Positions 18,013 to 25,073 of a DNA stretch of 25,073 nt are shown here, piece by piece (position 1 is the first letter of the stretch; each line of letters opens with the position of its first letter). This DNA is from Granulicella sp. Lineage in GTDB: Bacteria > Acidobacteriota > Terriglobia > Terriglobales > Acidobacteriaceae. The notes beneath the pieces were generated by a model, which did no database searches, had not been told where the DNA came from, and saw only the letters and a program-made list of their open reading frames with translations. Both the position numbers and the translations under genes were made by a program. Location: the NCBI GenBank assembly GCA_027339965.1, contig DAHWNL010000041.1, forward strand, positions 1 through 25,073. The letters are read 5' to 3'.

Positions 18013-19317
18013 CTACTCGGCAATCTCCACGCTCGACAAGTCCACCCCTTTTGCCTCCGGGCCGAGCCAGGTCACCACGGCCACCAGGCACCCCACCAGC
18101 AGCACCGTCCACGCCATCACCGGTGCCAGTCTCCCGCGGTAAAAATGGGCTGCAATCTCGGCCTGAAACACTCCATTCCGTGAAGCCAGCAGGTTGCCTA
18201 GCTGGTAGGCCACGCCGGGAAATACCGCGCGGACCGCCGGCGGAGCCAACTCATTCAGATGCACCGGAATCACTCCCCAGGCCCCCTGCACCATGAATTG
18301 CATCAGAAACCCTCCCGCCGCAAGCTCCACCACTGTATGGCTCCATGCCCACAACGGGATCACCGGAATCGCCAGAAGAGCCGCCACCACGATGGCTCTG
18401 CGTCTGCCCAGCCGCTCGGAGAGCATGCCGTACGCCAGGCCTCCAAGCAATGCGCCAAAACTTCCCACCATGGCCAACGCCGAAACCAGCGGCAGGCCCA
18501 TCTGCTTGTTGTGAAGGAGAAACTCGGGATACAGATCCTGGGTCCCATGGCTGAAGGAGTTGAAGGCGAACATCAGCACGGTGAGGAAGAGAAACATTCC
18601 GCCGTAACGCAAACCCAGTCTCGCCCCCATACCGACCCTGTCCAGAATGGACGGGCGCGGTTCGGCACTGCTGCGCCATCGACTTTGCCTTCTTGACTCC
18701 CAGAGAGGCGACTCATCCGTTCTTTTGATCAGATAGAGCACCGGCGGCGCCGGCAGCAGGCCAAGGAGAAAGAGCATCCGCCAGCTTCCGACAAATCCGG
18801 TTAGATGCAGATGGGCTAAGGCCAATCCAAAAACTCCCGCCACTGCGGCAGCCAGCAGATTACCGATCACATATCCCTCCTGCAGAAGACCGGAGAAGAA
18901 TCCCCGTAGCTCGGTGGGCAACGTCTCCATCACCAGCGCCGCTCCGACACCCCACTCTCCGCCCATGGCCATGCCGTATGCGGCGCGAAACAATAGGAAT
19001 ACCGGCCAGCTTGGGGCAAATGCCGAGGCCAGACCAAAAAGGCAGGAGGAGCTGATATTCAGCAGCAGCGCCGGCCTCCGCCCATACCGCTCCGCCAGAG
19101 AGCCAAATAGGAGCGCTCCTGCCGGCCGCATGGCGAGTGTCCAGAACAGTGCCTCCGCCACAACCGCCAGGGAATGATGAAAGGTGGCGCCCACGGAATC
19201 CAGGCAGTAGGTCAGTAGAAAGAAATCAAAGGCATCCAGCGACCAGGCAAGGAAGCACGCCAAAAAGACACGCTGCTGGCTTCCGCTCAACGCCCGGAAA
19301 GGCTGCAAAAGATTCAT
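18013..19317 (-). CDS. MFS transporter, SHS family (NanT/Jen1-like carboxylate:H+ symporter)
   Basis: LDAFDFF, ERYGRR, MGGEWG, SGLLQEGY, SHGTQDLYP, QGAWGVIP, YQLGNL. Alternative GTG start at 19338. Confidence 0.92.
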   Translation of the reverse strand: MNLLQPFRALSGSQQRVFLACFLAWSLDAFDFFLLTYCLDSVGATFHHSLAVVAEALFWTLAMRPAGALLFGSLAERYGRRPALLLNISSSCLFGLASAFAPSWPVFLLFRAAYGMAMGGEWGVGAALVMETLPTELRGFFSGLLQEGYVIGNLLAAAVAGVFGLALAHLHLTGFVGSWRMLFLLGLLPAPPVLYLIKRTDESPLWESRRQSRWRSSAEPRPSILDRVGMGARLGLRYGGMFLFLTVLMFAFNSFSHGTQDLYPEFLLHNKQMGLPLVSALAMVGSFGALLGGLAYGMLSERLGRRRAIVVAALLAIPVIPLWAWSHTVVELAAGGFLMQFMVQGAWGVIPVHLNELAPPAVRAVFPGVAYQLGNLLASRNGVFQAEIAAHFYRGRLAPVMAWTVLLVGCLVAVVTWLGPEAKGVDLSSVEIAE

Positions 19318-19574
19318 CGCCTCTGGATCCTCAAACACCCAGTTCTGCGACAGGCCCCCTGCCGGAACCGGCTTCGGATGCCTCCTGTCGCCCTCTGGCC
19401 GAGAAAGCTCAATCGATCCAGGTCTCCTTCAGCAACTTCATCGCAAATCCCAGCCAGCCCGAATCCCAAATCGCCGGGAAAGATGCGAGACGGCTTCAGC
19501 GCCCTCCTCCATTCTGCGCGGCTCGATCACCCCAGATGCAGGACATAGCGGCCGTCCCTTCCGGCGGCCTACCT

Positions 19575-20399
19575 CTACAGTTTGGCCCGCAAAGGAACTC
19601 CCGGATCGACAAACGGAGCCTCCGCCGCGCCCGGGTTCGACTGCAGAATCTTGTGGTGCAGGCAATAAAGCGCCAACTCCAAGCGATCCGCCACCCCCAG
19701 CTTGTCGTAGATCTTGCGCAGATAGTTCTTCACCACCTGCTCGGTGGTTCCAATCTGAAAGGCGATCTCCTTGTTCCTCATGCCGCGGGTGATGCAAGTA
19801 ATGATCGCCAACTCCTTCTCGGAGAGACGCGGCTGCGCCCTGGGGTTGGTCAGCATCGACGCCTGCTCGCGATACGCGTCGATAACCCAACTGATGGACT
19901 GATTGTCGATCCAGGTTTCGCCGGCCGCGATTTTGCGCACGCACTTCACAAGCATGTCCGGGGAGATTGACCGCGGCACCACCCCGCGCACCCCGCGGCG
20001 GAACAACTCCACCGTATTTCCCTCGTCGCTGGAAGAGATCTGCACAATCAGCTTCGCGTCCGGCGCACGCCGAAGCAGCTCGGGAATTGCATCCACAGTT
20101 CCGGCGATCAGGTGCCCTTCCAGCAGAACCACATCGGTTGGAAAGCGCAGCAGAGCCGCGTAGAGATTCTCCAGAGTCTCCGCCTGGGCCACCACACGGA
20201 TGTCATCCTCCAGAGCGAAGACCTTGCGCATTCCCACCCGGTAAATCGCCTGGGAGTCAGCCAGAATCACTCGGATGCCGCCCACGGCCTCATCAAAATC
20301 GCTGTCCGAGCCCAATCCGTCGGGATCCAGATCCGGCTTGCCTCCCTCCGGGGCATCCTGCCGCTTCCTTGCATCTCGGTCGTCAAACGCTTCACTCAT
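19575..20399 (-). CDS. NarL/LuxR-family response regulator with degenerate receiver domain
   Basis: Receiver-like VILADSQ...DVVLLE and LuxR HTH LSEKE...GMRNKEIA...VKNYLRKIYDKLGV. Confidence 0.92.
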   Translation of the reverse strand: MSEAFDDRDARKRQDAPEGGKPDLDPDGLGSDSDFDEAVGGIRVILADSQAIYRVGMRKVFALEDDIRVVAQAETLENLYAALLRFPTDVVLLEGHLIAGTVDAIPELLRRAPDAKLIVQISSSDEGNTVELFRRGVRGVVPRSISPDMLVKCVRKIAAGETWIDNQSISWVIDAYREQASMLTNPRAQPRLSEKELAIITCITRGMRNKEIAFQIGTTEQVVKNYLRKIYDKLGVADRLELALYCLHHKILQSNPGAAEAPFVDPGVPLRAKL

Positions 20400-20405
20400 A
20401 ACTGC

Positions 20406-20732
20406 TCAGCCTCTAAACGAGTATTCATCGATGACCGCCGCGGCCATGGACTTGCCTTCCAACCACTGGTGGCGAACAATCCGCCCCACGCAATGAAGCA
20501 AAACATCAACGGCACCGCCCATAATCGCCGCCGGCATGGTTAGCTCAAACCGAACCTCCGCTCCAACCGGCGGAAGCTCCGGTGCTGCGAACAGCAGCCC
20601 ATTGGCAGACACGTCCTCCGTCACCCCTGGGTACTCTTTGTCAGCGGTGTGAAGAACAAGCTCCAAATGCAGCGGAAAGCGCACCGCCGCTCGCACCGGG
20701 ACACTCTCGTAAGACTTGTAGAGAGTTGTCAA
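20406..20732 (-). CDS. Stand-alone PilZ-domain protein
   Basis: RAAVR (RxxxR) and DVSANG (DxSxxG) c-di-GMP-binding motifs. TTG start after GAAGGGGG (the track start is 20831). Confidence 0.88.
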   Translation of the reverse strand: MTTLYKSYESVPVRAAVRFPLHLELVLHTADKEYPGVTEDVSANGLLFAAPELPPVGAEVRFELTMPAAIMGGAVDVLLHCVGRIVRHQWLEGKSMAAAVIDEYSFRG

Positions 20733-20922
20733 CCGATCCCCCTTCCAGGCATGACTCGCCCGCGCTCTTCCAGCCGAAAGGTATGGAAGCGTGTTACTAA
20801 AGAATTCTAATTCACGCACCGCCCTCCCCAAAACCTTTTTGCAAGCATTGGCCCATACCGCGTCACCCCTTCCGTGACAGAGCAGCAGCCCATGCCTCTA
20901 TGCCAAAACCCCTCTTTTCCCA

Positions 20923-20951
20923 TTGCGAAAGCTGCTGAAATCCGCGATACT
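20923..20951 (+). promoter_or_regulatory. Putative sigma70 promoter of rpsP
   Basis: TTGCGA, 17-bp spacer, GATACT. Confidence 0.5.
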
Positions 20952-21117
20952 TAGGTGTTCGGACTTTTGCTTCGGCCGGTTGCTCTGGTCTTGCCCTTGG
21001 ACCGGCCTGGGTGGATGTGCATCTCCCAGGTCAAACCCCAAGTTTGGGCTCCCTCCTTGAACCCGCCGACCGAGGCCCCCGATACGAAGACCACTGCCTT
21101 TGGAGAGGATCTACCCT

Positions 21118-21426
21118 GTGTTGATGATTCGTCTGGCGCGCGTTGGCGCCCGCAAGCAGCCCCACTACCGCGTTGTTGTTATTGAAAAGGACCGCGCACG
21201 CAACGGCCGTTCGCTGGAAGTGGTTGGAACCTACAACCCCCGGACCAGCACGGCCACCGTGAATCTGAAGCGTGATCGCATCGATTACTGGACAGCCCAG
21301 GGTGCCCAGCTCTCCGAGACCGTCAGCAAACTTCTGGCCAAGCAGCCTGCGATCGCCGGCACCCCTGCGCCGACCCCTGCGTCGGATGTGACTCCCGCCC
21401 CAGCAGAGGCAACTCCTGCCGTATAG
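21118..21426 (+). CDS. rpsP: 30S ribosomal protein S16
   Basis: MIRLARVGARKQPHYRVVV...RNGR..EVVGTYNP...GAQLSETV. GGAGAGG RBS. Pro/Ala-rich C-terminal tail. Confidence 0.97.
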   Translation: MLMIRLARVGARKQPHYRVVVIEKDRARNGRSLEVVGTYNPRTSTATVNLKRDRIDYWTAQGAQLSETVSKLLAKQPAIAGTPAPTPASDVTPAPAEATPAV

Positions 21427-21691
21427 GTAATCATCCCAAAGATAACTTTCGTGCCGCTTGCGTAGATCCAAAGATTATCGTTTAACCCGCTTCATTTGCA
21501 GTACACTCAGCCAAGCGAACACCGCCCTTTTTGATGTTTTCAAACGTAGAACTTTCGAACTGGATTGCAGGGTTTGGACCGCATTGTTGTGTTCTGCGCC
21601 ACACCTCAAAGCGGCAACCAACGGGACCCTCCCACCGTGGAGAAGCGGCTGGTGCTGTGGTGCTAGCGGATTTCTCTCTAGAGGTGTAAGA

Positions 21692-21991
21692 GTGTCTTCT
21701 TCCGATCCACTTCAAGACAACAAACTAGCTGTCTCGGAGATGCAAACTCTGATGACTGAGATCACACGAGCCTTGGTTGACGATGTCGACGCGGTTCGGG
21801 TCGAAGTCATCAGCGATCAAAATTCCGTCGTTCTTCGCCTTCGTGTCGCCAACAACGACATTGGCAAGGTGATCGGCAAACAGGGTCGGACGGCTCGCTC
21901 TCTGCGCACCATCCTTGGCGCCGCCAGCATGAAGCTCCAGCACCGTTTCTCGCTGGATATCGTCGAAGCTGACCAAGACGCTCAGAGCTAG
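21692..21991 (+). CDS. khpA: KH-domain RNA-binding protein (KhpA/YlqC)
   Basis: DIGKVIGKQGRTARSLRTIL, located between rpsP and rimM. GTG start after GAGGTG, alternatively ATG 21740. Confidence 0.92.
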   Translation: MSSSDPLQDNKLAVSEMQTLMTEITRALVDDVDAVRVEVISDQNSVVLRLRVANNDIGKVIGKQGRTARSLRTILGAASMKLQHRFSLDIVEADQDAQS

Positions 21992-22423
21992 GGGAGATTT
22001 TCCTGCGACGCTCATCATGGCCGAGCTTGCAATCTTGCTTGAGTTCTCCTGCGCTTCGTTCCGCGTTCAGGGCTTGCTCCGTGTCTTGCTCGCCTTCAGA
22101 TTGCCGATCTTTTCAAGTGAATCGTCCAACGAGGGGGTCCGCCCAGGCGGCATCGCCTTCCACGGGGTCTAAGCGGCATGGCCATTCCACCGTGAGGCGC
22201 CTCCCCACGCAGCACATGCGAGCCATCCGAGACCGAGCGCCAAAAGGGGCTTCTCAGGAGGGACCTTGGGCCAGTCCTGTCCAAAGCATCTGACCCAAAC
22301 ATGCCCACAGCATGGCGGATTCGAGGCTCAGCCGGCCAAGAAGGTGCAAGCTATACGCGCGCAATCGATTGATGAAACTCTTGACAAACTCTGAGTTGCC
22401 CAACAAACTCCCAGGAGGCATCC

Positions 22424-23053
22424 ATGCAGGCTAGGATCTCTGACGCGCCTTGGTTTCCCATCGCCCGCCTGCTGCGGCCGCAAGGACGTCTCGGTGAACT
22501 CCTTGCCGAACCGCTCAGCGACCTCCCGGGAATCTTCACCGTCCAGCGCGAAGTCTTCCTGGTTACGTCCGCTGCCGCTCAGCCGTTGCCCAATGCCGCA
22601 CCCCTGCGGATCGAAGACCACTGGTGTCCCTCGGGGAGAAATGCCGGACGCGTTGTTCTCAGGCTCTCCGGTTGCAGCTCAATCTCGGCAGCCGAAACCC
22701 TAGCCGGACATACCTTGGTCATTGCCGGCAGCGATCTCCCCTCACTTGACCCCGGCTCCTTTTTCGTCGGCGACTTAACAGGTTGCACTCTATGGGACTC
22801 CGCCGCCTCCGAGTCCTGTGCTCCTCCCCGCTCCGTCGGAACTGTGACGGGGGTTGAGTTCATCACCACCCCGGACGGCCGCACCCGCCTGCAAGACGCC
22901 GCGCCCTTGCTCGCGGTGGAAACTGAAGCCGGCGCCGATCCCATCCTTATCCCGTTCGTCCTGGCCTGGATCGACTCGGTCGACATCCCGGCTCAGCGCA
23001 TCACCATGCGCCTTCCGGAAGGCCTTTTGCCCTCTGTCAAGAGACCTTTCTAG
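22424..23053 (+). CDS. rimM: 16S rRNA processing protein RimM
   Basis: IARLLRPQGRLGEL, FFVGDLTG, ILIPFV, MRLPEGLL. AGGAGG RBS and conserved synteny. Confidence 0.92.
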   Translation: MQARISDAPWFPIARLLRPQGRLGELLAEPLSDLPGIFTVQREVFLVTSAAAQPLPNAAPLRIEDHWCPSGRNAGRVVLRLSGCSSISAAETLAGHTLVIAGSDLPSLDPGSFFVGDLTGCTLWDSAASESCAPPRSVGTVTGVEFITTPDGRTRLQDAAPLLAVETEAGADPILIPFVLAWIDSVDIPAQRITMRLPEGLLPSVKRPF

Positions 23054-23141
23054 CAGGTATGAGAATCTCGATGCCGGGTAGTGGGTCAGTTTGAAATCAG
23101 CAGCCCTTGAAGGCTGGTCGCGATAGGGGCATCATAGAGAC

Positions 23142-23390
23142 ATGCCTACGCGCTCAAGCAAAGCCCATGATTTCGCGACCGTCGCTAGAAGAGTTGTCGA
23201 ACAGGCTATTGGCGAGCAGCTAGACGGAAATCCGCTAGAAGACCCAAACGCCAGGAAGAATCTAGCGGCAGTTGCTCTGGGAAAACTGGGCGGGGCCAAA
23301 GGTGGACGAGCGAGAGCCGATAAGCTCTCACCCGCGAAACGTAAACAGATCGCGAAAAAGGCCGCTGATGCCCGGTGGGGAAACTCATAG
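23142..23390 (+). CDS. Small basic protein with GGxKGGxARA...IAKKAAxARW motif (IS-associated, putative nucleic-acid binder)
   Basis: 82 aa, Lys/Arg/Ala-rich, preceded by TTGAAG-17bp-CATCAT-6nt-ATG. Confidence 0.82.
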   Translation: MPTRSSKAHDFATVARRVVEQAIGEQLDGNPLEDPNARKNLAAVALGKLGGAKGGRARADKLSPAKRKQIAKKAADARWGNS

Positions 23391-24458
23391 ACCTTCGCCT
23401 GAATCTGGTTGTCCATCGTTGAACGGCAATAGCAAATTCTGCCCGTAACGTGGGGCGATCCTATCCAACTTCGCAAGGAAGTCGCCGTAATCGTTGCTAA
23501 GTTTCATGGTCGCAACTACTGCGCCGAGATGTTCACGCAGTTTGGGGTATCCCAAATTAGAAGTGAGCCGCTGAAAATACTTGTGGACAGGGCGCCCCGC
23601 CTCGTTACGGCGCACAGCCTTCTTAAGTTCGGTCAGCACGTTCGGCGCCAGCCTCTTGTAAACAATGTCGTTCGTCAGACAGCCAAAGTATTGAGGACGC
23701 TGCACAGAGTCCACGCGATAATCCAGACCGCGCAGACGGAATAGGTGCTCATAGTAGTCAGCGGGGAAGGTGGGGATGTAAGGCTGGAGCTCCTTCGCGA
23801 TGAAGGCTTCCAGAATCCTCGCCAGCGCATCTACTGGACGCTTGTACTGGTATCCCGTAGCCTCGTCAATGAGAGCAATGATTCCAGTGTGCGCCAGCGC
23901 ACGAATAAGGATGTCGGCAGAGATTGCAATGTTCTCTTGGCTGGGCAGCAGCTTCCGCGCATCCCGCGCCTTGAGAAACACGTCGCAGATCATGGGGTAA
24001 AGTTCTCCACGCAAGCCGTGCGCCGCGCTTCCACCGCGTCCGGGATTCTTGAACATGTAACGGGAGTTCAACCCTTGCATGAGGTCTTCGCTGATGAACT
24101 CCCGCAAGTTCGCGGCGGAGAGAATGGGTGGCAGGTTCGCTGCATCAGCATCTTCCCTCGCCCGCAACCAGTGGGAACCGCCGCGCTTCCCGCCAAGGGA
24201 CTTCACCAAGTCTCTTTCTGAAACCAAGCGAATTATTTCACCCTCCACGACGATCACGGCACAGGGGATTGTATGCCCGACAATCGGCAAGTCGCCTATC
24301 GCCTCTGGCGTATAGACCTCTCCGCCTTGATACCGAGCCCAGCGTTCAGCAGCAGCCTTCTTAGCGAGACTGGTGCGTTCTGCGGGGGTTAGCTTAGCCA
24401 TCCGTGCTGCTCCTGAGCGACTCCTTCCATCGGCGCCATTGCTTTCAAATTCATCCAT
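23385..24458 (-). CDS. P63C-domain protein (phage Mx8 p63 C-terminal-like)
   Basis: LAHTGIIALIDEATGYQ, FPADYYEHLFRLRG, RPQYFG.LTNDIVYKRLAP. GAGGTG RBS. Confidence 0.88.
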   Translation of the reverse strand: MDEFESNGADGRSRSGAARMAKLTPAERTSLAKKAAAERWARYQGGEVYTPEAIGDLPIVGHTIPCAVIVVEGEIIRLVSERDLVKSLGGKRGGSHWLRAREDADAANLPPILSAANLREFISEDLMQGLNSRYMFKNPGRGGSAAHGLRGELYPMICDVFLKARDARKLLPSQENIAISADILIRALAHTGIIALIDEATGYQYKRPVDALARILEAFIAKELQPYIPTFPADYYEHLFRLRGLDYRVDSVQRPQYFGCLTNDIVYKRLAPNVLTELKKAVRRNEAGRPVHKYFQRLTSNLGYPKLREHLGAVVATMKLSNDYGDFLAKLDRIAPRYGQNLLLPFNDGQPDSGEGL

Positions 24459-24521
24459 AAATCACCTCACCAGTGCCAGTATACACATAAGTGTTGGCAT
24501 AAAATAAAGTTTGTGCAAGTA

Positions 24522-24550
24522 TTGACATAGGCGCCAGAGGTAAGCATAAT
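24522..24550 (+). promoter_or_regulatory. Sigma70 promoter of the transposase
   Basis: TTGACA (24522-24527), 17-bp spacer, CATAAT (24545-24550), with the ATG 7 nt later. Confidence 0.8.
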
Positions 24551-24557
24551 GGTCAGT

Positions 24558-25073
24558 ATGAATAGGCTAGACAATTCGGCTCAGGCGCAAGTGATTCGGT
24601 GCCTCATCGACGGTTGCTCCATCCGGGCCACCGTCCGCATGACTGGCATATCCAAAAATACAGTCACAAAACTTTTGGTAGAGATGGGCTGCGCTTGCGC
24701 CGACTACCACCACCGCAATGTGCGCGGCGTGAAGGTGCGGCGCCTCCAGTGCGATGAAATCTGGAGCTTTGTAGGCGCAAAGAAAAAGAACGTGACCCCA
24801 GAGCAAGAGCAAGCGGGATGGGGAGATGTATGGACGTGGACGGCGATTGATGCTGATACGAAGTTGTGCGTGACCTACTACGTCGGAGACCGTGGCAAGC
24901 ATTCCGCGTTTAGTTTCATGGACGATTGCCGGAAGCGCATCGTAGGTCATCCCCAGATCACCACAGACGCGCACAAGCCCTATCTAAAGGCCGCGGAAGC
25001 TGCATTTGGCGGTGACGCTGATTACGCGATGCTACATAAAATCTATGGAGCATCTGGCGAGCCTGAAACACGG
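24558..25073 (+). CDS. IS1-family DDE transposase (partial; not in the supplied ORF track)
   Basis: MNRLDNSAQAQVIRCLIDGCSIRATVRMTGISKNTV (HTH)...QCDEIWSFVGAK...WTWTAIDADTKL...ITTD. Open to the window end. Confidence 0.92.
   Translation, partial: MNRLDNSAQAQVIRCLIDGCSIRATVRMTGISKNTVTKLLVEMGCACADYHHRNVRGVKVRRLQCDEIWSFVGAKKKNVTPEQEQAGWGDVWTWTAIDADTKLCVTYYVGDRGKHSAFSFMDDCRKRIVGHPQITTDAHKPYLKAAEAAFGGDADYAMLHKIYGASGEPETR

Larger units (their letters stand above)
23077..25073 (+). mobile_element. IS1-family element with passenger genes (right end outside window)
   Basis: Starts GGTAGTGGGTCAGTTTGAAAT (23077-23097), which resembles IS1-family ends as recalled. Visibly more AT-rich than the flanks and contains an IS1-type DDE transposase. 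The partner inverted repeat is not in the window. Confidence 0.78.

Noticed and set aside
20958..21110. SRP RNA or tRNA upstream of rpsP
   Set aside because: Lacks the SRP GGAA-tetraloop domain and the tRNA T-loop/CCA features.
23059..23094. MRISMP... as a disrupted trmD 5' end
   Set aside because: Only the first residues resemble TrmD starts, the T-x-FP motif is absent, and disruption of an essential gene is unlikely.
24567..24974. 135-aa minus-strand ORF
   Set aside because: Antisense shadow of the IS1-family transposase.

Overview
GC-rich bacterial chromosomal window, probably Acidobacteriota (inferred from gene content and style), bounded by two partial insertion sequences. The left end is the start of an IS3-family element on the minus strand. 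The right end is an IS1-family element inserted just after rimM, carrying a small basic protein and a P63C-domain passenger. Between them lie a cysteine desulfurase; a three-gene cluster (PA2779-like exported precursor, C39-type cysteine peptidase, TPR-POTRA-Omp85-like barrel); a Tat-exported sugar isomerase; an ArnT/PMT-like glycosyltransferase; a lipase-maturation-factor protein; glutathione peroxidase; an M61 peptidase; a sulfite/nitrite reductase-siroheme operon; phhA; an MFS transporter; a PilZ gene with an atypical LuxR-type response regulator; and rpsP-khpA-rimM. Two candidates for undescribed biology stand out. One is a leaderless Cys-rich 23-codon leader ORF plus terminator in front of the reductase operon, which looks like a cysteine-sensing attenuator. 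The other is the precursor/C39 peptidase/Omp85 cluster, which looks like a dedicated peptide processing and export system. All calls come from manual reading; no searches or folding programs were run.
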